A stretch of 64,000 bases of DNA from Desulfatiglandales bacterium. Its GTDB lineage: Bacteria; Desulfobacterota; DSM-4660; Desulfatiglandales; Desulfatiglandaceae. The notes under the pieces are model-generated. The model did not search any database. It worked only from the letters and a program-made list of their open reading frames with translations, and had not been told where the DNA came from. Positions within the stretch are counted from its first letter, which is position 1; each line of letters opens with the position of its first letter. A program made the position numbers and the translations under genes. This document shows positions 1 through 8,519 of the stretch, piece after piece. The DNA is taken from positions 5,280,001 through 5,344,000 of the forward strand of contig OY759599.1 in NCBI GenBank assembly GCA_963662465.1. The letters run 5' to 3'.

Positions 1-1320
1 AATGGATTTTTTTGCGTCGTGTTCGGAGGTAATGCGCAAGCCCCCCCCCTGGGGCATAGCGTCAATGGCATTGAAAACCAGATTTAAAAAACATTGCTGA
101 AGTTCATTGACATCGCCCTTAACAATTAAAGGTTGTTCAGATAGCGCCAGCCTGAGATCGATGCTTTGAAGTCCCATTTTATGCTGGGTCAACGCGATAA
201 CGGATCGGATGATGCCGCCTATTTCCACATCCCGAATCTCCATGGTCGATTCCCTGGCAAAAGAGAGCAGACCTGAAATAATATTGCCGCACCGCTCAAG
301 CTCACTGCTCATGAGATCCAGGTATTTCTTGAATTGTTCCAGATCTTTTCGGGAGGGCTTTCCCGATGCCAGGATGGATTTCATAAGATGGGAGAAGGTC
401 AACAGGCCTTGAATGGGGTTGTTGATTTCATGCACGCAGCTTGCCGAGAGTTGCCCCAGGGAAATCATTCGGTCTTCCTGCGCCAGTTTTCCCATATCGG
501 TTTTAAGTTCCGTGAGGCGCCTTTCCCATCGCGGCGAAAGATCATCGGTAATATCCCGCCAGATTTCAATGACCCGTACCACGTCGCCCGAATCGTTCTT
601 CACCGGATAGGTTTCAAGATCACAGAAAGTGGTATATTTGCCGTCTATGGCATGTTCATGGATGGCATGGGCACTTTCCCCGGTTTTCAAGGTCTCCATC
701 ATGGGGCAGGCCACATCGGGATCCCATTCTGAACAGGGTGAAGAAAAACCGTGGGTGATTTCATAGCAGTGTTTGCCCAATGCTTCTTTTTTGGTTCGGT
801 TCACCGCCTTCAGGTAGGCTTCACTGGCTTCCAGGATGGTGAAATCCGGCGCCAGAAGTACGATCCGTTCGTTGGCGTGTTGAAGGAGAAAATCCGACAT
901 CATTCTTACTGGGGAAATATCCTTGGTTTTTGAACTGGAATGACCGCTGGATCGGATGAACCACATAATCAACTGGGCCAGGTTATAACCGATGACCCAC
1001 AACCCTTCAGGTTTTTGACGGATAACCTCCATCAAAACATCTTTCGCGTTGGTCAGTTCCACAATGCCGGTGAGTGACGGCAGCGACAGCAGCTCCGTCA
1101 GGCTGCCCGTGGTGAAAATGCCGCTGTTTTTCGCTGCTATCAGGCCTTCGCCATTTCGGTTGGGATCGCAAACCCCAGCGATGCGAATGGTAATTTCCGG
1201 TATGGGATCAAATTGAAGAAGTTTAAGAAAGGCTTTACAGGTTCGTCCACCGCCCACAATGGCCAGGGTCAGGGTCGGTTTTTGGACTTTATTTCCAGAC
1301 AGCGTATTGCCGGCCACCAT
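1..1320 (-). CDS. Sensor histidine kinase (N-terminal Rossmann-like region, probable PAS, HisKA/HATPase); runs off the window start
   Basis: Not in the ORF track. Manual minus-strand reading from ATG at 1320 gives MVAGNTLSGNKVQKPTLTLAIVGGGRTCK...; in the same frame are the H-box HEINNPIQGLL (~432) and N-box NVFLNLVFNAIDAM (~95). Confidence 0.85.
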   Translation of the reverse strand, partial: MVAGNTLSGNKVQKPTLTLAIVGGGRTCKAFLKLLQFDPIPEITIRIAGVCDPNRNGEGLIAAKNSGIFTTGSLTELLSLPSLTGIVELTNAKDVLMEVIRQKPEGLWVIGYNLAQLIMWFIRSSGHSSSKTKDISPVRMMSDFLLQHANERIVLLAPDFTILEASEAYLKAVNRTKKEALGKHCYEITHGFSSPCSEWDPDVACPMMETLKTGESAHAIHEHAIDGKYTTFCDLETYPVKNDSGDVVRVIEIWRDITDDLSPRWERRLTELKTDMGKLAQEDRMISLGQLSASCVHEINNPIQGLLTFSHLMKSILASGKPSRKDLEQFKKYLDLMSSELERCGNIISGLLSFARESTMEIRDVEIGGIIRSVIALTQHKMGLQSIDLRLALSEQPLIVKGDVNELQQCFLNLVFNAIDAMPQGGGLRITSEHDAKKSI

Positions 1321-1830
1321 GACGGCATCTCCAGATAAGGAAGTGTATTTGAATAACTTTACACATAATTTCCGTTTGCAGTATATGTGAAAGTGATGCT
1401 TCGGGTCAAGGGGCGCGGAAAAATGTTCTGTTTTTAAACCTGGGCGAGCGTGCCGCTGATGGAGACCTTGCCCGAAGCCGGCAACCCAACCGCTATGAAC
1501 TCTTTGTTGCGGTCTTCCCGGACGGATTTGGCATAAGCATATCCAGGTACTGGTTTGGATTCAGGTGTGCCTATTTGGCTTCCCAAAACGCCTTTTACAT
1601 CGGAGCACAGGAAAAAATGTCCGGCCTCACGAAATGCGCTTTGATTAGGATATTGATTCGGAACCATTTAACAGATGAAATGATTTCAATATGTTAGATT
1701 AAAACCCCACAACATTTAGACTTATGCGGGAAAACAAAGGGCTGAATACATCGGAATTAGCCTGGATAATACGTGCTCTATAAAAACAGGATAATTTTTG
1801 AGGAACTCAAGGTTATATAATGCGGCAACT

Positions 1831-2164
1831 CACCTGAAACCTATCATTGCCACAGGATATTATACCGGAATGCGGCGAGGGGAAATCCTGGGGTTGACCT
1901 GGAATCAAGAAGAACGTGAAGGGCGGTTTCATCTTCCATGACCTCAGACATACATTCAACACGAATATGCGGAAGGCCGATGTGCCTGAATCCGTGATCA
2001 TGTCAATTATGGGGCATTCAACCAGGCAGATGTTCGATCGTTATAACAAAATAGATGGTGAAGATAAGACAATCGGAGTTGAAAAACTGGGGGACTTCCT
2101 TGCAGATACCCACCAAAACGCTCAGCAAGCGGAAAACCTGAAATATGGTAAGGAGTCGATTTAA
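1831..2164 (+). pseudogene. Tyrosine integrase remnant with internal deletion/frameshift
   Basis: Box I ([26 protein letters not shown], frame from 1831) lies directly against Box II (FHDLRHTF...IMGHST..FDRY, ORF 1916-2164) in another frame. The N-terminus and inter-box region are missing, and it ends next to the tRNA-Ala 3' end. Confidence 0.85.
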
Positions 2165-2165
2165 T

Positions 2166-2241
2166 TGGTGGAGATGAGGGGATTCGAACCCCTGGCCTGT
2201 ACGTTGCGAACGTACCGCTCTCCCAACTGAGCTACACCCCC
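2166..2241 (-). tRNA. tRNA-Ala(CGC)
   Basis: Reverse complement GGGGGTGTAGCTCAGTTGGGAGAGC-GTACG-TT-CGC-AA-CGTAC...GGTTCGAATCC...CATCTCCACCA; 76 nt, G3:U70 pair, encoded CCA. Confidence 0.97.
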
Positions 2242-2310
2242 ACTTGAAAAGGAAACCATCTTGTCCATCCCATGCGGCAAACCTGCATTAACTCCAACAT
2301 ATAACGACGT

Positions 2311-2339
2311 AGTATAAACACCTGGAGAAAAAAAATCAA
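2311..2339 (-). promoter_or_regulatory. Putative sigma70 promoter for tRNA-Ala
   Basis: TTGATT-N17-TATACT on the minus strand upstream of the tRNA. Confidence 0.5.
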
Positions 2340-2368
2340 TATTTTTTTGTCGTGTTCTTTAAATTCAT

Positions 2369-2396
2369 TTGACATCCAACACGGTTGTGGTAAAAG
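2369..2396 (+). promoter_or_regulatory. Putative sigma70 promoter for tRNA-Arg
   Basis: TTGACA-N16-TAAAAG with TGTGG before the -10, ending 10 nt before the tRNA. Confidence 0.5.
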
Positions 2397-2406
2397 AAAC
2401 ACCATT

Positions 2407-2483
2407 GCCCCCGTAGCTCAGGTGGATAGAGCACCAGATTCCTAATCTGGGTGTCGTGCGTTCGAGTCGCGCCGGGGGCACCA
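2407..2483 (+). tRNA. tRNA-Arg(CCT)
   Basis: GCCCCCGTAGCTCAGGTGGATAGAGC-A-CCAGA-TT-CCT-AA-TCTGG...GTTCGAGTC...CGGGGGCACCA; 77 nt. Confidence 0.97.
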
Positions 2484-2488
2484 ACAAA
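2435..2488 (+). repeat. attL core (3' part of tRNA-Arg plus 5 nt)
   Basis: CAGATTCCTAATCTGGGTGTCGTGCGTTCGAGTCGCGCCGGGGGCACCAACAAA, identical to 10206-10259. Confidence 0.97.
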
Positions 2489-2540
2489 AACAATCACTTA
2501 GGCGGTTTCTCTGAAATCGCCTTTTTTGTCTCGGCTCGGT

Positions 2541-2566
2541 TTTAGACAAAATTTAGACAAAAAAAC
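2541..2566 (+). repeat. Putative integrase arm-type site (tandem TTTAGACAAAA)
   Basis: TTTAGACAAAATTTAGACAAAAAAAC, identical to 10068-10093; both copies lie inside the element next to the att cores. Confidence 0.8.
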
Positions 2567-3223
2567 CAAACCTGACACCTAAAAAGGCCACCGTCTCGAA
2601 TACACTACCACAACACGAAACGCCTTTGTGGCCACCCAGCTATGGCTTTGAACATAAACGGCCACTGTGAGGCATCTCAGAGCGTCATAGGACAACTTTT
2701 AGCCAGTCTGTGTTGTGTAAACCTGCTCTATCAGCACCGATTAGAAAAACGTGTTACGATAATCAAAGGAATGGCCTGAATTTCGACCCTGAAAACCTGC
2801 AAGGATAATTGACTTTCAAAATCAGTTATTATTAGGCGTCCACCCACAAAGTGAATCAAAATCACTTTAAGTTTTTAAACTTTGGCGGTTTGGAAAGGAA
2901 CAAGTTCCCGAATCTCAAGTCTGGAAAGTCCACACCACCCGTGGCCTGGCGTGTTCGCTTCAAAAGCCATACGGATATGCGAATTCAATCCCGTTCGTCG
3001 ATTGTGGACTATCTGAGGACGCCGTGGGTGTTTTTTGTGGACTGTGGAAACTGTATAAACTCATTCCCTCGCGCGCGTGAAAAGTCAGGTTTCGTGAGGT
3101 TTTCCCACAAAATCACAATGTGATAGCTCTACCCTCCATCGAATTTACGGCCTAAACCCTATTTATCATTGTGGTTCTATTTCACGTTTCCAATATATAC
3201 CGTCAAAAGTACCGTCCAAAAGC

Positions 3224-3263
3224 GAATGTGTCTCATGTTTTGATAGTATTATGAGACACATTC
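3224..3263. repeat. Perfect 13-bp inverted repeat with 14-bp spacer (operator, res-like site or hairpin)
   Basis: GAATGTGTCTCAT-N14-ATGAGACACATTC, 20 nt past the stop of ORF 3284-3700. Confidence 0.75.
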
Positions 3264-3283
3264 ATATCACTTTCAGGCAATTT

Positions 3284-3700
3284 TTATGCTGCCCACTTCT
3301 CCCTTTTTTTCTCGTTAAAGTCCACCAAATCAAACGCGCTCTTTTCACACTCTAGCGTCAATTCCGATAGCTCCCCACCAATGGATGAATGCACTTTCAG
3401 GAACAATTCCATCAACTTGGCCGTTTCCACGTCCTTCAAATCCCTGTTTTTGATTTCTTCAGTGATACGTTGCAACAATTCGCCAAACGCTTTCAGCCTT
3501 TCTTGTTTGGATAGCATGAATTGCTCCCGAAGCGCCTCAAGCTGAATCTCCCGAAGGTTCGTGATATCAAGTGAAAAGTCTTTTGACCACTGCACCAGGG
3601 ATGTGGTGGACACTTTCAGCTCCTTAGAGCATTTTTCAAGTGATCGCCCCATTGCCCGCAGCTCTATGAAACGTTCCTTTTGTTCAATATCCTTTGCCAT
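3284..3700 (-). CDS. HTH-domain protein with helical C-terminus, function unknown
   Basis: 138 aa; HTH-like FIELRAMGRSLEKCSKELKVSTTSLVQW; AAGGAG RBS. Confidence 0.75.
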   Translation of the reverse strand: MAKDIEQKERFIELRAMGRSLEKCSKELKVSTTSLVQWSKDFSLDITNLREIQLEALREQFMLSKQERLKAFGELLQRITEEIKNRDLKDVETAKLMELFLKVHSSIGGELSELTLECEKSAFDLVDFNEKKREKWAA

Positions 3701-3769
3701 GTTATTTCTCCTTTGTGTAATAATGACTTGGATTATTTAATTTTATTTATCTTTTAGTCTCTTTATGCT

Positions 3770-4168
3770 TTACCACTTGGAAATTGGTTCAAGTTTTTCA
3801 ACTTCTTTTGATGGAACCACCACCCCCTCAAATTCATGTTTGATGATATGGACTTCCCGCAAGGCATCATGGGATATGCCCCGGCTAAGAAGATCCACCA
3901 ACTCAGCATTGCTGTACTCGCAACCGTCCACCTCGGCCTTATCCGGCCACAACAAAACATCAACTGTGGCCCCCAGGATTCCAGAATTCATCTTTATGGC
4001 CACCGGCCCGGCATCCACTTCTATGGTGGGGACGGGATACCCTTTTTTATTTTCAATCCTATACTCAATACCCCCAATACTCTCAAAACCCCCACCACCT
4101 GACACCTTTTGAGGGTTTTGAGGGTTTTTAGTAAGGGAATCAGAGCCCATTTTCTCGCGCCAAGCCAT
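3770..4168 (-). CDS. Hypothetical protein coupled to the primase; 5' part overlaps the iteron cluster
   Basis: TAATG overlap with the primase stop; the KNPQNPQK peptide is a translation of the iterons. Confidence 0.55.
   Translation of the reverse strand: MAWREKMGSDSLTKNPQNPQKVSGGGGFESIGGIEYRIENKKGYPVPTIEVDAGPVAIKMNSGILGATVDVLLWPDKAEVDGCEYSNAELVDLLSRGISHDALREVHIIKHEFEGVVVPSKEVEKLEPISKW
4058..4137. repeat. Putative replication origin: two inverted triads of 9-bp iterons (TWTTGAGGG)
   Basis: Minus-strand triad TTTTGAGAG/TATTGGGGG/TATTGAGTA (4062-4088) and plus-strand triad TTTTGAGGG/TTTTGAGGG/TTTTTAGTA (4107-4133), just downstream of the primase gene. Confidence 0.7.
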
Positions 4169-6510
4169 TACGCCCACCCTTTGATGATCTCAGGATTTAC
4201 GGTATAGGTAATTGATGGACGCCCCCCCTGTGGCCCGCCCTTGGCTGTGGCCCCTGCAATATAGTTTCGCTCTTCCAGTACATCCAATGGGATTTCTAAA
4301 TCAGATACCCGTGGAAACGTCCCCCGTAGGGCCTGGAAGGAATCTCTTTTTGTGAATGACTCGAAACGGCCACCCTCTACCCAGCGCCAAACCTTTTTGG
4401 CACCCTCAATGGCCACATCGGCCCCCATGAGATTAAAGGCAACCTCCGCATGGCTCGAAGCAACCGCCGCCAAATCAAGGGACTGTTTCATGGTTCCCAC
4501 ATCAATCGGGGTTCCCCATGGCTGTTGTGGGTTTTTAACGCAATGAAGGACACCGGCCACCCTCGCAGCGCCCCCAGGCAATTTCCCGGCCCAGTCCGTA
4601 ATATGCTCGAAACGTCCACCTTCACGCATTTCAACTTCCACCATCATGGCAAAATCAAACCATTCAGCATACGCAGCCCGATCCAACTTTATGATATAGG
4701 GTTCGATCTGATTCCGTTCATCCGTTTGTGGTTTGATGTCCAAAAGCGTATAGATCAAATCTTTCCATCCATCCCTGACACCCTCTGGTATGGGTGCCGT
4801 TTCAAGGGTTCGATACCCCAGGTTTGACACTGGTATGAAATACCAAAACCGCGCCAACAACCCCCGGCCCCGGAATGTCTTTTTCTCGCCAATGGCCCGC
4901 AGCACTTCCGGCTGTGGACTCAGCACAATGGAAAGGGCAGGGTTCTCCACAAATAACGGTTCCCGGCTGCCTCGATCCACCCTCAAGGCGTCGCCTGAAT
5001 AACCCTGGAGAAAAACGTCAAGGTTTGGGATTCCGTTTGAATATCTCCCGCCGATTATTTCAAAAATGCCACCCTCCGTGCTTATGATGGCCATACGATC
5101 CCCATTGTTGGATAACATCGTTCCAAGGCGTTCTGGAGTAATGTCTTGTGCCCATGTACGATAGACTTTCGGCACCTCTTCCATGCCCATCTCAAGATTG
5201 AAAATATCCTCTTGGATCGCTTCCACCTGATCCGGTTTTGCTTTGCCGTACTTGCCCCGAAGGGCCTTAATCCGCGCATCTTTGCTCATATTCTCACTTT
5301 CCACCTGTTTGATTCTTGCTGACAATAGATCCCGCTGCCCAGCCTCCCACATAGTCAAAGGTTTTGTCATAGTGCTATTGACAGCACTCTTCCTATTTGA
5401 TGGATCAAGCGCAGCTACAAGAAAAAAGTTCGTGGGTTCGATATGGCCCGGCTTCACCTGGACAACCATCTTACCGTGGATCGCCGTTGCCACCGTACCC
5501 AATGCCATGGCCACCGCCAATTCAATAGGCGTTTCCGTTGCCGCCGATGTAGCGGCCGACATCTCTCCCAGGATACCGGGTAACTCCACATCAAACGCCG
5601 GCACCTGGTAATCATCCAAAAGAATAGGGCTCCCCCATTCTTGGCCTGATTGTTCCTGCCCTGGCATCCATTCATCCGCCTGGCCAATTAGTTCGTGAAG
5701 GACCTCTTTGGTTCCACCGGCATCAATCCAGTCCGAAACATCACCCTTTTCTGGAAGGCCCGGCAATTCGATAATTTTGATGGACTTGGCAATGCCCCGA
5801 AGCGCCTCCGCCACCTTATCAGCATGCTTACGGCCTGGCTCGTCGTTGTCGGGAAGGATCACCACATCTTTACCGCGCAAGGTTTCGGAATATGATGATT
5901 GCCACTTCCCGGCCCCGCCTACGTTTGTTGTGGCCACCATGCCCAGGGTGAAAATGTTATCAACATCTTTTTCACCCTCGACAACTATCACCTGATCCGC
6001 CTGAAGTAGCTCAGGAAGGCGATAAAGGACTTTATCGACATTCTTGACGCTCCATGTCCACCCGCCGTTACCATCCGGCTGTCGCTGCCTGAAGTCCTTA
6101 GGTTCCATTCTCACGGCCTGATATAAAATGGCGCCTTCCTCGTTCATATAATCATACGTTTTCACAATCCGCCCCGGCCCGGATTTCTTTTTCCCGTTGC
6201 TGCCCATGATATTAAAATCCGCCGCGATACCCCGCACCTGTCCGTCAAAGGATGATATGCCTTTCAGCTCGCCATAGAAGGAAAAGGCATCGCCCGAAGC
6301 ATCGCACCCGAAGCAATGGTACTGCCCGGTTTTGTTGTTGACGGAAAGGGAAGGATCTGAATCGTCGTGGAAGGGACAAATAGCCTTGTACTCATCGCCG
6401 TTTCCGTTATGAAGTTCAAGGAATTGAGAATAAAAGCCTGTCCAATTCCCTGCAAAATAAGCCTTGATTTCTTCGTTATCTGTTGTTAAATTGTTCATAT
6501 TCGATTGCAT
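4168..6510 (-). CDS. Primase/replication protein: CHC2 zinc finger + TOPRIM + DUF3987 (YfjI-like) + C-terminal winged-helix-like end
   Basis: CPFHDD...HCFGC zinc finger; VEGEKD and PDNDEPG TOPRIM motifs; DITPERL / STEGGIF / GRGLLARF DUF3987-type motifs; GRPSITYTVNP end. Confidence 0.88.
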   Translation of the reverse strand: MQSNMNNLTTDNEEIKAYFAGNWTGFYSQFLELHNGNGDEYKAICPFHDDSDPSLSVNNKTGQYHCFGCDASGDAFSFYGELKGISSFDGQVRGIAADFNIMGSNGKKKSGPGRIVKTYDYMNEEGAILYQAVRMEPKDFRQRQPDGNGGWTWSVKNVDKVLYRLPELLQADQVIVVEGEKDVDNIFTLGMVATTNVGGAGKWQSSYSETLRGKDVVILPDNDEPGRKHADKVAEALRGIAKSIKIIELPGLPEKGDVSDWIDAGGTKEVLHELIGQADEWMPGQEQSGQEWGSPILLDDYQVPAFDVELPGILGEMSAATSAATETPIELAVAMALGTVATAIHGKMVVQVKPGHIEPTNFFLVAALDPSNRKSAVNSTMTKPLTMWEAGQRDLLSARIKQVESENMSKDARIKALRGKYGKAKPDQVEAIQEDIFNLEMGMEEVPKVYRTWAQDITPERLGTMLSNNGDRMAIISTEGGIFEIIGGRYSNGIPNLDVFLQGYSGDALRVDRGSREPLFVENPALSIVLSPQPEVLRAIGEKKTFRGRGLLARFWYFIPVSNLGYRTLETAPIPEGVRDGWKDLIYTLLDIKPQTDERNQIEPYIIKLDRAAYAEWFDFAMMVEVEMREGGRFEHITDWAGKLPGGAARVAGVLHCVKNPQQPWGTPIDVGTMKQSLDLAAVASSHAEVAFNLMGADVAIEGAKKVWRWVEGGRFESFTKRDSFQALRGTFPRVSDLEIPLDVLEERNYIAGATAKGGPQGGRPSITYTVNPEIIKGWA

Positions 6511-6573
6511 CGCATCACCTCATCATCATGGCCCTTTGACGGGCCTCCCGTTCCCGTCTTAGGGCTTTGTTGT

Positions 6574-7155
6574 TTAAAGAATTCCGATTTCCACGGCCAA
6601 CTGATAATGTGGCTGCGTTGCAATCTCCGCTTGGAACCACTGATCATATTTTTCATTCCCCAACAACTCCCGCGCATCGGATAGTGTTTGCGTCAATTCA
6701 ATCTTTGCCTCTTCGGTACGCTCGATGATTCGCCTTGCTGTTCGGGTAAGGGAAAGATGGTTATTCACCCGTTCCCGAAGCGCCTTGACGCTGGCCCTCT
6801 CAGATTCAGCCCAATCAAGGAGTTTATCTTGCATGGTGGGATCGTCTATAAACGTAACTTCTTTATGATGTGAAAAACTCAAATTCGGTCTACGTCGACC
6901 GATTTCAAAAGCTCTTGAAACCTTCCCGCACATTGTTGAATTTTCATAATTCACCCCGATCCGTTCACAAGCGGCTTTCCCATCTCCCCACTGGCAGGCG
7001 TTCCACCAATCGCCTAACCACCATTGGCGGGCCTGATCCACCTTGACAAGAATCTCGCCTGCTTCATTCCATTGGGACTCATTTACGCCTTTCAAATCCC
7101 ATCCCGTAGCTGTTAAACCTGTTTGACCTTCAACCTTCATAATGTCTGTTTTCAT
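6574..7155 (-). CDS. LmbU-like / phage-type DNA-binding protein
   Basis: WWLGDW...RRRPNLSFSHHKEV motif; GGAGG RBS. Confidence 0.6.
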   Translation of the reverse strand: MKTDIMKVEGQTGLTATGWDLKGVNESQWNEAGEILVKVDQARQWWLGDWWNACQWGDGKAACERIGVNYENSTMCGKVSRAFEIGRRRPNLSFSHHKEVTFIDDPTMQDKLLDWAESERASVKALRERVNNHLSLTRTARRIIERTEEAKIELTQTLSDARELLGNEKYDQWFQAEIATQPHYQLAVEIGIL

Positions 7156-7170
7156 CTGATCACCTCCCTT

Positions 7171-7476
7171 TCAACTGTTCGCAATTTCCAACAAAACATC
7201 GGCATGACAAGGCTCATCCAACCCGCAAGTGCAGACTAAATCCTTACCTCGTAAATGCTCCCGGATATATTCCGGCGTTATGGGATACCGTCCACCCTTG
7301 CCGGTTCTCAATTCGCCTGACTCAATCGCTTGCCGGTACAAAGACACCGCTTTCTCTTTCGTTATCACTTTCGTCGCTTTGAATGGGTTCGCAAACCGGC
7401 TCATACCTTGCACAACAACACTGTTTGCTGGCAAATTCACTTTATAATCGCCCCGTCTTAACCTTTTCGGTTTCAT
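7171..7476 (-). CDS. DUF4326 domain protein
   Basis: SRFANPF...LRGKDLVCTCGLDEPCHADVLLEIAN signature. Confidence 0.85.
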   Translation of the reverse strand: MKPKRLRRGDYKVNLPANSVVVQGMSRFANPFKATKVITKEKAVSLYRQAIESGELRTGKGGRYPITPEYIREHLRGKDLVCTCGLDEPCHADVLLEIANS

Positions 7477-7495
7477 CGCCTTTCCCTCCTTTTGA

Positions 7496-7717
7496 CTAAT
7501 TGCCCGTGGCCCTGGATTTCAGCCATTGAATGAGGCTGTCCACCGGGTAACATACCCGGCGCCCGATACAGAAACGTCCCTGTGGCCCGGTTTCGTTGCA
7601 ATCCTCATTCGCCAAAGACTTTGAGCTTACGGCGCCACCTGTGAAACGCCCTATCTCGCCCCTGGAAACAATCGCACTCGGCCACCTTGCCGCCATTGCT
7701 TGCCAAATATCACCCAT
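7496..7717 (-). CDS. AlpA/Xis-like small DNA-binding protein (candidate recombination directionality factor)
   Basis: 73 aa; SLAN....GP.....GRRVCYPVDSLIQWL winged-HTH pattern; lies between the regulators and the primase. Confidence 0.7.
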   Translation of the reverse strand: MGDIWQAMAARWPSAIVSRGEIGRFTGGAVSSKSLANEDCNETGPQGRFCIGRRVCYPVDSLIQWLKSRATGN

Positions 7718-7898
7718 TGAAAATCACCTCCCTCTTGCATTTCAAGAGTTTTGCCCACCTGGCTTTCTCTTCCTCTGGAAGTTCCCGTCGCTTCCTAACA
7801 ACCCGGCTCACCACCGTTTCATCGACACCCGCCGATGCTGCAAAATCCGCCTGACTTCCAAACTTTTCAAAAATCTTTGCTTTCAGTTTTCTGTTCAT
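7710..7898 (-). CDS. XRE/Cro-like HTH protein
   Basis: SQADFAASAGVDETVVSRVVR; start moved to MNRKLK at 7898 after a GGAGG RBS. Confidence 0.75.
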   Translation of the reverse strand: MNRKLKAKIFEKFGSQADFAASAGVDETVVSRVVRKRRELPEEEKARWAKLLKCKREVIFNG

Positions 7899-7957
7899 CC
7901 CTTGCCCTCCTGTGATAGTTGGTGCAAGACACACCATGTTTAAGCCAAAAAAAAGAG

Positions 7958-8482
7958 CTACCCCGGAAACGCAGCCCTTACCACCTGTCGAATCTTCTTA
8001 AAATTAATGATCTGAAGTCCATCGTAATCATCGTCAAACGAATCACCCATAAACCCCGGAATATCGAATGGACGGAAAGGCACCCGACCCTCTGGATCAT
8101 ACATGCCCCACCGCCCATCGCTTAATGTCATGGCCCATTCACCCGGTTCCCCAAAAGTCATAGTTCTTATTTTGGACTCACCGTCAACCGTTTCAAGACG
8201 GAATAGAATATGGGATACATTCTCTCCATGCTTACCCGTGGCCTGCTCCCTTGCCTTAAACCCATCAACAAATTCAGCCGCAACCTTCCTTGACATTCCA
8301 AATGTTCCAACCAACTTAGAAAAAAGGGCCACACAATACACATCCAACAATGTGAATTCAGCCTTACGCCCTCGCCCTGGAGATGGAATAGACGGAGCGA
8401 CAAACCCCTTGGAAGTCCACACCCGCAACCGTTCTCTGTCAATCTTCAATCCATTTTCAATGTCAAGAGTGCTGTACCCCAT
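7958..8482 (-). CDS. MerR-like HTH regulator
   Basis: YSTLDI...IDRERLRVWTSKGFVAPS...GRGRKAEFTLLDV; start moved to ATG 8482 (GGAGG at 8491-8495, promoter upstream). Confidence 0.75.
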   Translation of the reverse strand: MGYSTLDIENGLKIDRERLRVWTSKGFVAPSIPSPGRGRKAEFTLLDVYCVALFSKLVGTFGMSRKVAAEFVDGFKAREQATGKHGENVSHILFRLETVDGESKIRTMTFGEPGEWAMTLSDGRWGMYDPEGRVPFRPFDIPGFMGDSFDDDYDGLQIINFKKIRQVVRAAFPG

Positions 8483-8519
8483 AATGAAACCCTCCAAAGT
8501 TTGTGTTATACGCACCACC

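Noticed and set aside
209..933. Plus-strand ORFs in the track
   Set aside because: Shadows of the minus-strand histidine kinase, which the track missed because it runs off the window.
1434..1667. 77-aa ORF
   Set aside because: No recognisable motif; its start (PNQYPNQ) just translates a short tandem repeat.
2570..2580. ACCTGACACCT shared with the centre of the iteron cluster (4097-4107)
   Set aside because: A single 11-bp match could be chance in 8 kb; not supported further.
2851..3123. 90-aa plus-strand ORF inside the element
   Set aside because: Opposite to all other element genes, no RBS or motif, and overlaps the repeat-rich region.
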